This document shows, one piece after another, positions 1-10,502 of a stretch of DNA of 40,127 nucleotides (its first letter is position 1; the number at the start of each line of letters is the position of its first letter). Under the pieces are notes generated by a model that worked only from the letters and a program-made list of their open reading frames with translations, had not been told where the DNA came from and did no database searches. The position numbers and the translations under genes are program-made. The stretch covers positions 1-40,127 of the forward strand of contig CAXXMR010000005.1 in the NCBI GenBank assembly GCA_963663805.2, in the 5' to 3' direction. The stretch is from Sedimentisphaerales bacterium. GTDB taxonomy: Bacteria > Planctomycetota > Phycisphaerae > Sedimentisphaerales > SM23-30.

Positions 1-365
1 TGCTGGTATTAAACTGCTGGGTGACCGAGACGAACGATACGCACCGGCGTTCCAGTACCTCCATAATCTTCGAGAAATCAATCAGCGAGCGACTGAGCCG
101 GTCAACCTTGTAAACCACGATACAGTCAACCTTGCCCTCCTCAATGTCCGCCAGCAGGCGTTTGAGAGCAGGCCTTTCCATATTGCCGCCCGTAAACCCC
201 CCCGTCGTCATAGCGGTCGGGCAGGCAGATCCAACCCTCTGATTTCTGGCTGGCGATGAAGGCTTCGCCCGCGTCCCGCTGAGCGTCCAGGCTGTTAAAC
301 TCCTGTTCCAGGCCATCCTCAGTGCTCTTGCGGGTATAAATGGCACAGCGTAAGGTATTATTCAT
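1..365 (-). pseudogene. Serine recombinase (resolvase-type N-terminal domain), frameshifted, runs off the left edge
   Basis: CAIYTRKST...NSLDAQR motif. Removing one base from the C7 run at 197-203 restores [41 protein letters not shown]. Confidence 0.9.
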
Positions 366-854
366 CTGCGACTCCGTTCTTTTTGTTAAGGTTGAAAAAA
401 TGATAACCGTTCCAGTGGGTGCCCGTGACCGCCTTGGCTACAGCCGAAAGACTACGGTAAATCTCGCCTTCATACTCAAAGCCCCGCGGCCTGACCCAGA
501 CCTTGATAGTCTTGCCTTTTTACCTGCGTGTCAGTACCGCACCCGGCAAAGGCAGTCGCGGATCATGATCGGGTCCGATTGTCACCGGGACGGCAGTGCC
601 CGAATGGGCCTGGCAGTCAGACATTTTGGGTATGGTACTACGCAAATCCGCGTCATTGGCCAGTTCCTCCGCTCGCTTACGGGCCCGCTCCGAGAGCGTA
701 CCTTCACTCTGGCCTGAAATCGCCAGGCAATTCGCTTGACCAGATAATCCTTATGTCCCGAGCGGTTCGGCTCGCCGAAGGCCTCAAGGTGCTTTTTGCG
801 CAGTTCCGTAACCGTCATCCGCTGCAATGCAGCGATCTGTTTACCGATGTTCAT
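358..854 (-). pseudogene. DUF2924-family protein, with a frameshift and an in-frame stop
   Basis: MNIGKQIAALQRMTVTELR...RIAWR, shift near 710, then LSERARKRAEELA...DPRLPLPGAVLTRR*KG...YRSLSAVAKAVTGTHWNGYHFF. TAA at 520-522; RBS AAGGAG at 861-866; stop overlaps the recombinase start. Confidence 0.85.
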
Positions 855-880
855 GATGTACTCCTTCATTCTCGCGTCTT

Positions 881-1069
881 TTAACCAGCAACCCCATGAG
901 GGCCTTTCTGGGCCCATCTCATCAAGGCAATTGTGACCAGATTTTTGAGAATTTCGGGAGTTTTCCCGGCACTGACGCAATCTGAGCACCCCACGGGCTA
1001 AAAGGCGGCAATTTCACGGCGTCTTTGGGATGGGGGCATTTCGGCCGGTTTGTCCAGCATATCGTGCAT
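881..1069 (-). pseudogene. Small hypothetical gene preceding DUF2924, frameshifted
   Basis: MHDMLDKPAEMPPSQRRREIAAF continues as LARGVLRLRQ if one base is added to the A4 run at 1000-1003. The end point needs a second shift and is uncertain. Confidence 0.45.
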
Positions 1070-1593
1070 GGCAGCTTCCTTTCGAAGATGCCCACAACGA
1101 CTTTCGCGGAGCGACCGGCACGCTGTCTGGCGGGTTAAAAATATAAGTCCGTCTATTATACAATTACCCGGTGAAAACTGAAAATGGCGGGAGAAAATTT
1201 GGGGGGGAGAAGAGAATGATAAAGAGGTGGGGGGGTAACGGGTTGTGTAGTAACGGATTATATTGAAAGTGGGATGGATCTTTTTTTCGTAAAAATACGA
1301 AAAACAGTAATTGCCAAAATCAACGGTTTTAAGTTGATTGTTAGTATAATGCTTTCTGTAACCCGATGGATTCACCACCCAAAAGTTCGATTTCACTCCT
1401 GGCCCCAAAGCATACGGGCCTGTTAAGCGCCGAGAGCCTGTTAAAGAGAATTTTCGAGAGTTTGGGAGAGATTTTCTGGGCTCCGAGACATAACGTATAT
1501 GGTTCTGTTCGGACCCTAGAAAGTGCTCTTCGAAACAGAGAGCGCGGGAAAAATCAAAAAAACGCCGTAACTCTTTGATAACAAGAGGTTATG

Positions 1594-1627
1594 AAAACGC
1601 CCGGCTATTTTCATATCCGGGCGTTTT
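1594..1627. terminator. Bidirectional intrinsic-terminator-like hairpin
   Basis: AAAACGCCCGG-N12-CCGGGCGTTTT perfect inverted repeat with A and T tails. Confidence 0.6.
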
Positions 1628-1997
1628 CCGTTAAATCATACTGGCGACAAAGTTCGCCAGAATTCTTTAAGCTCCCCAAAACATACGAATTTCGGAATTG
1701 CTAAAATGATTAACGGTCTGGTGTCCAACTCGGGACCCCGAATGATGCGAAAAAAGCCCGCGCTCTATGTTTTGTAACTCTTTATAAATAAATATCTTAT
1801 GCCATACTCGCGTTTTTGCGTTGTTTTCTCTCGTTTTTCAAGCAACCGTTTGGGCATATCAAAAATTAAACCCTTTACCTTGGTTTTCTGGAGGTCATAC
1901 GCCCCAAGCGACGCTTCCTGCCAAAAATATGTCTCTATATTTGCTAAAAGTATGCTAACTGGCGGGTTGGTGATTTGCAATGGGATTCTAACCGACA

Positions 1998-2030
1998 TGT
2001 CACAAGTTGTGTCGTAAGTTTGTCGCAAGT
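1998..2030. repeat. Three direct repeats TGTCRYAAGT at the 3' end of the Fic gene
   Basis: TGTCACAAGT (1998), TGTCGTAAGT (2010), TGTCGCAAGT (2021). Confidence 0.7.
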
Positions 2031-3106
2031 TATCCATTGTTTGGGCTGTCCGGGAACCGTATTACATACAGGAGGTTATTCGTCTCGCCAGTGCGATAAA
2101 CCAGTTTTTCGTCTTCGAGACTGGCTAAATCTCGTTGCAAGCTGCGTCGGCTTATATCAGGGCAAAGTCGCTCAAAAGTCTGTATATCAATTGACCGGTG
2201 TACCATCATATGTGCCAAGGCCGCTGCTTGTCGATCATTAAGGTTGTGTTTCTGTATTAGCACATCAGTTTGTATAGCTTGCGTGCTGTGGGTTTTAATT
2301 TCATCGAGCTGTGTTGCCAAACCAGTGAGGAAATATTCGAGCCAGACGGTGAGGTCCATTTTATCTTTACGCACCTGTTGCAGGGCGTTATAGAAATCAA
2401 TACGCTTGCGGTCATAGTATTCGCTGATGGTAAACAATCGCTTAAAATCGTATCCACTGCGATAGAGGCAGAGTGTAGAAAGCAACCGAGATGTTCGACC
2501 GTTGCCATCAACAAATGGGTGAATATGCACAAGCTGAAACTGGGCGATGCCGGAAATCAACACGGGGTGAATGTCGCTGTCGACAGACAGCCAGGCGACG
2601 AGTTGCTGCATCATAAAGGGTACATTACTGGGTGCAGGTGGGGTATATACAACCTGGCCTGTTTGCCCATTGACAACATAATTCTGGACAGTGCGATATT
2701 GCCCTGGTTGGCCTTGTCCACCTCGTACACCTTCAACGAGGTGTTTGTGGATTTCTCGAATCAGCCCTTCGGTGATTGGCGAGCCGCTGGTAAGATACTC
2801 TGCCACGAGATTGAAGGCATTTCGATAATTAAGAAGCTCTTGTCTGTCGTCGGGATTTGCATTTTCCACATCATCACCACCCCATAATTTTTCAGCCTGC
2901 TCAAGTGTGAGTTGTGTACCTTCGATGTGGGTTGTATGGTGAGCCTCAAGCAAAAGTGCCCGCTGGCTCATGCGAGTAATCCAATCCTCTGAAAGAGTAG
3001 CGGCCTCCAAAAAGCCGCGGGCCCGCTCAATACGGGTTAGAGCTTCAGCCATCGTATTAGTTATTGTAAATTTGGGTCTAAATTCTTTCATCTGCATAGC
3101 TTCCAA
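2030..3106 (-). CDS. Fic family protein with C-terminal winged helix
   Basis: Canonical Fic motif [18 protein letters not shown] motif; C-terminal [13 protein letters not shown] helix-turn-helix. Confidence 0.93.
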   Translation of the reverse strand: MEAMQMKEFRPKFTITNTMAEALTRIERARGFLEAATLSEDWITRMSQRALLLEAHHTTHIEGTQLTLEQAEKLWGGDDVENANPDDRQELLNYRNAFNLVAEYLTSGSPITEGLIREIHKHLVEGVRGGQGQPGQYRTVQNYVVNGQTGQVVYTPPAPSNVPFMMQQLVAWLSVDSDIHPVLISGIAQFQLVHIHPFVDGNGRTSRLLSTLCLYRSGYDFKRLFTISEYYDRKRIDFYNALQQVRKDKMDLTVWLEYFLTGLATQLDEIKTHSTQAIQTDVLIQKHNLNDRQAAALAHMMVHRSIDIQTFERLCPDISRRSLQRDLASLEDEKLVYRTGETNNLLYVIRFPDSPNNG

Positions 3107-3535
3107 TCCATGGACGCCTTTATCTCATGTGGGCATTATAGCGGATTCGGACGAATAGCAACCGGATAGGGCGCATTTGAAAAAAAATGGCGTGCTGGCA
3201 CTCAGCCAAACTCGAACAATGGGCTATCGGCTAAAACAGTCTGCTTGAATCTTGGTCAATCCCAGCCCTCATCACAAAATACGTACGCGCAGATTTTGTG
3301 TTTCACGGGAAAAACGCCCGAAAATCCGACGATTTACCATTCAGCGTTCTCCGATAACTCTGAATCTGAACTCATATAAACTTTTCAAAGAGCAAAATTT
3401 TCAGTTTTCAGCCGCGTTAAAGCGGTATCACACTTGCTTGACAACTACAGAGTTCTCTGCTTCACTTGGCTAAAGAGTTACGAAATCACCATTGTTTTGT
3501 GTCAGATAATTTTTTTGTCTACAACAAGCATATTG

Positions 3536-4415
3536 CTAACTGATAACCGACATGTATTTACTGCGATACTGCTTTGGCGAAAGGCCATGTTTTTTTTTGA
3601 AGCAGTTGGAGAAATGAAAGGGATCTCTAAAACCTACCTCGAGGGCAATTTGTGAAACTGATAAGGTTGAGGTAAGCAGGTGGTCGGCGGCGGTATTAAG
3701 TTTTACCTTCATTAGGTATTTATGCGGAGGCATGGTCCAGTATTTCAGGAAGAGCTTGGTAATATACTGAGGTGTAACGCAGCAGGCATTACTGACTTCT
3801 TTGACGCTACAAATTTTATGAAAGTTCTGGTCAATATAATCTTTGCAGAGCTTAAAGGTTAACATCGAGGGGGATGATTTTTTGTCTTTAATCTGAGGCA
3901 ATTATCGCTAATTCCAGGAAAATAGCTTTAAGATAAGCAGAGCAAACATCCTGGGCAAATTCAGTATTATTATTGCCCTGCCGTAATATTCTCCAGAAGA
4001 GATTGCCGACAAGTTCGGAGTCGTCAATTTTCAGGGCTATAAGCCGGCAGAAATTACAAAGTTCAAATAATCTGACGGTTTCCCGTCCTGTACAATAGAG
4101 ATAGATATACTCAGAATCATTATCGCTCTGATTTGTGATAGCATATTCTGTTTCGGGTAGCAATCCTACGATCATACCACGGGAGAGCTTGAAACTTTTT
4201 CCGTAAACATTAAGCCGGGAAGTTCCCTTAGTGATAAACATCAAGGCATAATTATTGAGTGTTTTGGAAGAGTTGCTCATTTGGAAAGGAAGTCTTTCGT
4301 ACCCTCCAAAGAGTACAGCCATAACGTCCTTTACCGACTCAGGGGTTCTGAGGATAAAACTATTTCGCTCTTCTGAGATATATTTTTTTTCAGAGTATTG
4401 GCTGAATTTAAACAT
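3536..4415 (-). CDS. AraC family transcriptional regulator, split by one frameshift near 3900
   Basis: N-terminal cupin-like ORF 3888-4415 plus C-terminal ORF with the AraC signature LSVSQIALEVGFRDPFHFSNCFKKKHGLSPKQYR; divergent from the downstream operon. Confidence 0.88.
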
Positions 4416-4848
4416 TTACTTCCTGCACATCTTAATCACACAAAGTTAACATCATTATATTGTAAAAACCGCCAAAATCAATGTAAATATGAAAAACATA
4501 CATGGAGATATTAATCTTCACACCGCTTCATCTGTGGAATTTCAGGCCTTGAGGGCAGGGAACAGCCAGGAAAGGATAAATATGATGCTGTTACGAATTT
4601 TTCTGTCCGATAAGCTATTTTAAGACAAAAGATTCCCAAAATATACATGTATTGGCGGGTTATATGCTATTTTTTACATGTAGAGTTATGCTAAAATCAA
4701 ACTGAGATGTAAACCAATGAGATAATTTGGTTAGTTTTGGAAAAAAACCGTGACAACCACCCGTCGGTGTCGATCTTAACTCGCTATATGACAGGGTTTT
4801 GTCTATATGCAATTACCAGTTTAAATGAATGTGAGTCCGTAATCAACA

Positions 4849-6167
4849 ATGGCTAATGAGGCAGAGTTAAAAATTGACCGGGAGTATCGTAATCGCCGAA
4901 TCCGAGTTATGGTGGCGATTACTTTGGGTTACAGTTTCTATTATGTTTGCAGGCTGGGGCTTTCGGTAGCCAAAAAACCCCTGATTGATTGTGGCATTCT
5001 GAATGCCGAAGAACTTGGCAATATTGGCTCGGCAATATTTTTGGGTTACGCATTCGGCAAGTTCATTAATGGCTTTATGGCTGACCATGTTGATGTTCGC
5101 AAGTTGTTTATCGGGGGATTGTTTTTTTCCTGTTTGTGCAATTTGCTAATGGGGTTTTCCAGCAACCTTTGGCTGTTCGTATTGGCTTGGGGTCTTAACG
5201 GATGGTTCCAGAGTTTTGGCGCAGTTTCCTGTGCTATAAGTTTGTCGAACTGGTTTACCTATGACGAACGAGGGAAGTTTTACAGTCTTTGGAGTGCTTC
5301 TCATTCGGTTGGTGAGGGTTTGACCTTTGTGGGCAGTGCTGCCCTAGTGTCCTGGCTGGGTTGGCGAGGTGGCTTTTTAGGGCCGGCATTTTTTGGTGTA
5401 CTGGTTACGATATGTTTGTTGTGGCTGATGTGTTCTCGGCCTGGTGTATATGGTCTGCCGATTGCGGCGGAATGGAAGGGGAAAGGTGAGAAGAAAAAGC
5501 CTGTTGACATGGTAGAAAAGCCCGGCCTTAAGGCGACCCTGTTCGAGCAGTTAAGTGTAATTAAGATGCCTGTGGTTTGGATGATAAGTTTTGCCAGTGC
5601 AGGAATGTATATAACTCGTTACGCAGTGAATAGCTGGGCGATATTATATCTTCAGGAAATCAAGGGGCTGAGCATAATGGAGGCGGGCGGCCTGTTGGGT
5701 ATCAATACCGGTGCGGGAATTATCGGCGGTTTAGTATATGGTTTTTGTTCAGATGTTTTTTTCAAGGGACGTCGCCCTCCGGCTTCTTTGATGTACGCGA
5801 TAATTGAATTGGTATCTCTTTTAATTATATTTGTATTGCCCAGCTCTAGCTATTGGGTTCTTTCGGTTACATTTGCCTTGTTTGGGTTCAGTATAGGTGG
5901 TCTATTGATAGGTTTGGGGGGGTTGTTTGCGATTGATGTGGTCTCCAAAAAGCTGCCGGTGCGGTGGTGGGCTTTGTGGGGCTGTTCAGCTATATAGCGG
6001 CTGCGGGCCAGGAAAAGTTCAGCGGCTTGCTTATCTACAGGTCTTCTGAGGTAGTTGATGGGGTTATGCAATATGATTTTTCAGGTCCAATTGTGTTTTG
6101 GATAAGTGCTTCTGTGGTTTCCGGCATTCTCAGCGTTATGACCTGGAAGACCAAAGTTTGCGAATAG
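4849..6167 (+). CDS. MFS transporter, organophosphate:Pi antiporter (GlpT/UhpT/UhpC-like) family; frameshift at A5 run 5947-5951
   Basis: GYSFYYVCR, NGWFQSFG, WFTYDERG, WSASHSVG and YITRY motifs. Adding one A joins to AAGAVVGFVGLFSYIAA. Confidence 0.9.
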
Positions 6168-6210
6168 TTTTAGCCTAGTTTAGGTGACTTTTAATCGAAA
6201 GGCAGGTTTT

Positions 6211-7254
6211 ATGAAGAAGTTTAAAATGTTCAAAATCATTTTCGGTATGTTTATTTTTTGTTTGGGAAGTTATTCCTCATTATTTGCTGGTCAACTTGTT
6301 ACTCAAAAAAATATTGAAGTGTTTGCTGGCGCTTCGCAAGCCCAAGGCGATACGGTCAGATTTGCTGTCGTGGGAGATCGTACCGGCGGAGAGCGTAAAG
6401 GGGTTTTTGAAAGTTTGGTGAAAAAGATGAATTTGCTGAGTCCGGATTTTATAGTTAGTGTCGGCGACAATATTCACGGCTGTACGGAAGATATTGCCAA
6501 AATCACCGCTCAATGGGACAAATGTGAGAGTGAGATTGGTAAGCTCAATATGCCTTTTATTGCTGCTGCGGGGAATCATGATCTGACCAATAATGTAATG
6601 CTCGATCTATACCAAAAGAGATTTGGCAATCCTTATTACTACTTTGTTCGTAACGACATGTTATTTTTGTTTATTGATACCGAAGACCCGCCGGTCAAAT
6701 TGCCGGGTGATTTGCGAAGTGTTATGAACAAGGAGGCTCGCGAGATTCGTAAAAATATAAAAAAGGATGGTTATACGGACGAAAATATTGCGGCATATCT
6801 GGATTATGACCGGCGAATGCTGAATCTTGATTGTGCGGTGATTAGCGATGAGCAGGTTCAATATTTTGAGAAAGTACTGGGAGAAAACAAAGATGTTAGC
6901 TGGACGTTTGTGGTGATGCACAAGCGTGCGTGGGATGTTGATAACATTTCCAAGAACTGGCTGAAGATAGAGTCGCTGCTTAAAGACCGGCCTTACACTG
7001 TTTTCGGTGGTCATATGCACAGTTATGATTACCGTGTTCGAAATGGCAATGACTACATAGGACTGGCTACTGTGGGTGGAGGCTGGATGTTTCCGCCAGA
7101 GCTAAGGCCTGGGATATACGACCATGTTTTGATGGTAACAGTTCAGGAAAATAAAGTTCCGATAATTGCCAATATTATCCTGGGTACGGTATTTGACAAA
7201 ACTGATATTGTCAGTGTCGATTGCGAGAAATGTGTAGTAGACAAAGAAAAATAA
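6211..7254 (+). CDS. Secreted calcineurin-like metallophosphoesterase
   Basis: Signal-peptide-like N terminus; metal-binding motifs GD, VGDN, GNHD, MH and GHMH. Confidence 0.88.
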   Translation: MKKFKMFKIIFGMFIFCLGSYSSLFAGQLVTQKNIEVFAGASQAQGDTVRFAVVGDRTGGERKGVFESLVKKMNLLSPDFIVSVGDNIHGCTEDIAKITAQWDKCESEIGKLNMPFIAAAGNHDLTNNVMLDLYQKRFGNPYYYFVRNDMLFLFIDTEDPPVKLPGDLRSVMNKEAREIRKNIKKDGYTDENIAAYLDYDRRMLNLDCAVISDEQVQYFEKVLGENKDVSWTFVVMHKRAWDVDNISKNWLKIESLLKDRPYTVFGGHMHSYDYRVRNGNDYIGLATVGGGWMFPPELRPGIYDHVLMVTVQENKVPIIANIILGTVFDKTDIVSVDCEKCVVDKEK

Positions 7255-7401
7255 CTCAAAAACAGAGATTCAGGCTTCATATATAAAGGTTTAGGGTATT
7301 TTTAGCTATATGTGTAATGGTGAGGATTTGTTAGCATTACTGTTGAAGATTCGACACTGTGTGTAACTGCGATTTAGGCAACGTATTAAAGGAATCAGTA
7401 A

Positions 7402-8556
7402 GTGATTAAGTTGATGCCCATATTTGGGACCAGACCTGAGGCTATCAAAATGGCTCCGATTATCCTGGAAGCCAAGAAACGTCCTCATATTTTTGATGTT
7501 AAAGTTTGCGTCACCGGCCAGCATAAGGAGATGCTGGATCAGATGTTGGCTATTTTTGATATTACCCCCGACTATGATTTGAATCTTATGGTTCCCAATC
7601 AGACTTTGTCCGGGATAAGTTCGAAAACTATCTCGTCGGTTGCAGAAATACTCAGCCGTGATTGCCCCGACTGGGTATTGGTCCAAGGCGATACTACAAC
7701 TGTGTGGGCGGCAGCTATTTCGGCTTGTTTTGAGAAAATAAGAATTGGCCATATTGAGGCTGGTTTAAGATCGGGCGATAAACATCAGCCGTTTCCAGAA
7801 GAGATAAATCGTCGCATCGCTACACAGATAGCGGATTTGCATTTTGCTCCGACTTATGTATCTGAGCAGAATCTTTTAAAAGACGGTATCTCAAAAAATG
7901 CTATTCTGGTTACGGGTAATACAGTTATTGATTCATTGTACTGGGTTTTGAAGCAGAATAAAAAGCACCCGGACCCTCAGGTCGAAAAGATTCAGCAATG
8001 GAAAGAGCAGAACATCGGTAAAAAGCGATTTGTATTAGTAACCGGACATCGCAGAGAGAATTTTGGTCGTGGATTTGAGGGTATCTGCAAAGCGGTATCT
8101 GAATTGGCAGAGAAATACAAAGATGTTTGCTGGGTTTATCCGGTGCATCTAAATCCTAATGTCCAGGAGCCGGTCAATCGGACTTTGGCGAATATCGATA
8201 ATGTATTTTTGATTGAGCCTCTGGGTTATACCGCTTTTGCCTGGCTGATGAATGAGAGTCTGTTTCTTTTGACAGATTCCGGTGGAATTCAGGAAGAAGC
8301 GCCCAGTTTGGGTAAACGGGTTCTGGTGATGCGAAACACAACCGAACGCCCTGAAGGAGTTGAATCAGGAGTTGTTAAGCTGGTGGGTACCCAACCAAAG
8401 TCCATTGTTGAAAATTGCGAAAGGCTACTCTCCGGCGTGGAATCACCCACAGCTTTGGAAAGTCCTTACGGAGACGGCAAAGCTTCAATGAGGATTCTTA
8501 ACGCGATTATAGATGAACAGCAAAAGATTACCGAATCTGTGGAGATGTCAAGTTGA
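7402..8556 (+). CDS. wecB: UDP-N-acetylglucosamine 2-epimerase (non-hydrolysing)
   Basis: FGTRPEAIKMAP, TGQH, QGDT, HIEAGLRS, PFPEE, HRREN, TDSGGIQEEAP and PYGDG motifs. Confidence 0.96.
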   Translation: MIKLMPIFGTRPEAIKMAPIILEAKKRPHIFDVKVCVTGQHKEMLDQMLAIFDITPDYDLNLMVPNQTLSGISSKTISSVAEILSRDCPDWVLVQGDTTTVWAAAISACFEKIRIGHIEAGLRSGDKHQPFPEEINRRIATQIADLHFAPTYVSEQNLLKDGISKNAILVTGNTVIDSLYWVLKQNKKHPDPQVEKIQQWKEQNIGKKRFVLVTGHRRENFGRGFEGICKAVSELAEKYKDVCWVYPVHLNPNVQEPVNRTLANIDNVFLIEPLGYTAFAWLMNESLFLLTDSGGIQEEAPSLGKRVLVMRNTTERPEGVESGVVKLVGTQPKSIVENCERLLSGVESPTALESPYGDGKASMRILNAIIDEQQKITESVEMSS

Positions 8557-9494
8557 TTGCAATTGTATTAGCCGCCGGTAAAAGCACTCGGATGCAGACC
8601 TCCCGGGCGAAAGTTCTTCATGAAGTATGTGGCGTGCCCATGCTCGATTATGTACTCTCGTCGTGCAGGCAGGCTGGTGCTGATAAGATTTATATCGTGG
8701 TCGGTTACGGTAAAGAACAGATTGTTGAAAAACATTGTGGTCAGCATGATCTTGTTTTTGTTGAACAAGCCGAGCAAAAGGGCACAGCCCATGCCGTTTT
8801 ATGCTGTCGGAAGCATATTGCCGATTATCAGGGCCGAACATTGATTCTCTGCGGCGACGGGCCTTTGATAAAATCATCTACGCTTACCGAAATAGCTGAG
8901 AGTCACGAAAAAGCCGGCAACGCTCTTACTCTGGGTACGGCAATACTGGATGATCCTTTCGGATACGGCAGGATTATCAGAAATTCCCAAGGCACGATAA
9001 CTGCAATTGTCGAACATGTTGAGTGCGATGAAACACAACTAGAGGTCAAAGAGGTCAATCCATCTTATTTGTGCTTTGATAATCAAACATTGTTTTCTGT
9101 TTTGGATCGTATTAAGCCCAGCGGTGTTAAGGGGGAATATTATCTTACTGATGCGATTAGCCTTATTCTTAAAGAGGGCAGTAAGGTTTCGGCACTGGAT
9201 ATTGTAGCTCCGGAGGAAGCTCAAAGTGTCAACAGCAGAGAGCAATTGAGTGATATAAACACAATTATGCAGAAACGTATTCAGGACATATTAATGGCTG
9301 AAGGGGTTACTATTGTAAACCCTGCCAACACCTGGATAGAGTTTGGTGTGGTTATTGGGGTGGACACGATAATAGAACCGTTTGTGCATATATCCAGAGG
9401 TGCGGTAATCGGTAGTAATTGTTTGATTAAATCGATTGCCAGAATAAAGAGTAATTTTAAACTAAAGGATGATTCTGTGTATCCTGAAGAATAG
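8553..9494 (+). CDS. glmU: GlmU-like sugar-1-phosphate uridylyltransferase with only a short hexapeptide tail
   Basis: LAAGKSTRM, KVLH, QAEQKGTAHAV, GYGRIIR and GEYYLTD motifs; ends at 313 aa with no complete acetyltransferase domain. Confidence 0.85.
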   Translation: MIAIVLAAGKSTRMQTSRAKVLHEVCGVPMLDYVLSSCRQAGADKIYIVVGYGKEQIVEKHCGQHDLVFVEQAEQKGTAHAVLCCRKHIADYQGRTLILCGDGPLIKSSTLTEIAESHEKAGNALTLGTAILDDPFGYGRIIRNSQGTITAIVEHVECDETQLEVKEVNPSYLCFDNQTLFSVLDRIKPSGVKGEYYLTDAISLILKEGSKVSALDIVAPEEAQSVNSREQLSDINTIMQKRIQDILMAEGVTIVNPANTWIEFGVVIGVDTIIEPFVHISRGAVIGSNCLIKSIARIKSNFKLKDDSVYPEE

Positions 9495-9569
9495 TTGGTT
9501 ATTGTCCACCTATAGAGCAGGACAGATTAATTAAATTGAAGAGAAATATATTTTAAAAGGAGTATTGTT

Positions 9570-10442
9570 ATGGTACCAAAAGGAATTGTCAAAAGAAACA
9601 ATAGTTTGGGTTTCACTCTGGTTGAACTGTTAGTGGTAATTGCGATAATCGCTCTGCTGGTGTCGATTTTGATGCCAGCCCTCTCGAGTGCCAGAGAACA
9701 AGCCAAAACAGCGGTTTGTTTGAGTAATACCCGTCAGTTGACTTTGGGGTGGACTGTTTACGCAGAAAATAACAAGGATTTGCTGGTTTATGCAGCTACT
9801 ACTCGTGTCAAGCGTAATGGTACAGATTCCCTGGGGTGGTTCTTAACGAGCCAACATCCTCATCCCAGTTGGGTTGCCTCCCCAATAGAAGATTCGAGCG
9901 GGGTGGCTCCGTCATGGTTTTCGCAAAAGTTTTTTCAGGATGAATGTATTATAATGGGCACGTTGTTTCCAGAGATTAACGATGTCAAAGCCTATCGTTG
10001 TCCGGCATCCAAGGCCCAGTCAAATTCCAGAAGTTATTCTATCTCTTCAAGAATGAATGGTTTCAGTATGTATAGTGCTACTACTGGTGAATGGGGTGAA
10101 CGAAATAATCGGATTCTTCGCAAAATGGCTCAAGTTCGAAATTCTGCCGACAGCATGGCGTTTATCTGCCAGGGTAGTGATGGCATTGACAACGGCAATA
10201 AGAACTACGAATACGAATGTTTTAGTCCTTATCTTACGGTTCGGAGATGGCGTGATATTCCGCCAGCTGTACATTCAAAGCAAAAAGGCACATGTCTGTC
10301 TTTTGCCGATGGTCATGGCGAGTATTGGGAATGGGAGAAGAATTACGTTAATTTTGATGTCTTGTCATCTCCGGATCCTGATATTAACGATATAGATTTC
10401 GACCGGGTACAGCGAGCTATTTGGGGTACGGTAGTGAAATAA
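9570..10442 (+). CDS. Prepilin-type N-methylation protein (DUF1559-like planctomycete pseudopilin)
   Basis: [35 protein letters not shown] and C-terminal H...SFADGH motif. Confidence 0.92.
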   Translation: MVPKGIVKRNNSLGFTLVELLVVIAIIALLVSILMPALSSAREQAKTAVCLSNTRQLTLGWTVYAENNKDLLVYAATTRVKRNGTDSLGWFLTSQHPHPSWVASPIEDSSGVAPSWFSQKFFQDECIIMGTLFPEINDVKAYRCPASKAQSNSRSYSISSRMNGFSMYSATTGEWGERNNRILRKMAQVRNSADSMAFICQGSDGIDNGNKNYEYECFSPYLTVRRWRDIPPAVHSKQKGTCLSFADGHGEYWEWEKNYVNFDVLSSPDPDINDIDFDRVQRAIWGTVVK

Positions 10443-10502
10443 GAATAGAGGTGTTTGAGAAATATTTTGTTAATTCAATGTGCAAATAATGGAGGTTCAA
10501 AG

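Noticed and set aside
1195..1245. G-tract cluster as a G-quadruplex or phase-variation site
   Set aside because: The tracts are irregularly spaced, not within a supported gene or promoter, and homopolymer lengths are unreliable here.
1998..2030. CRISPR array
   Set aside because: The repeats are only 10 bp with 1-2 bp gaps and no spacers.
998..2037. ORFs 998-1408, 1366-1578, 1765-2037 and 1799-2017 as genes
   Set aside because: No recognisable motifs, and they overlap hairpins and site-like DNA; only the last ~24 codons of 998-1408 look coding.
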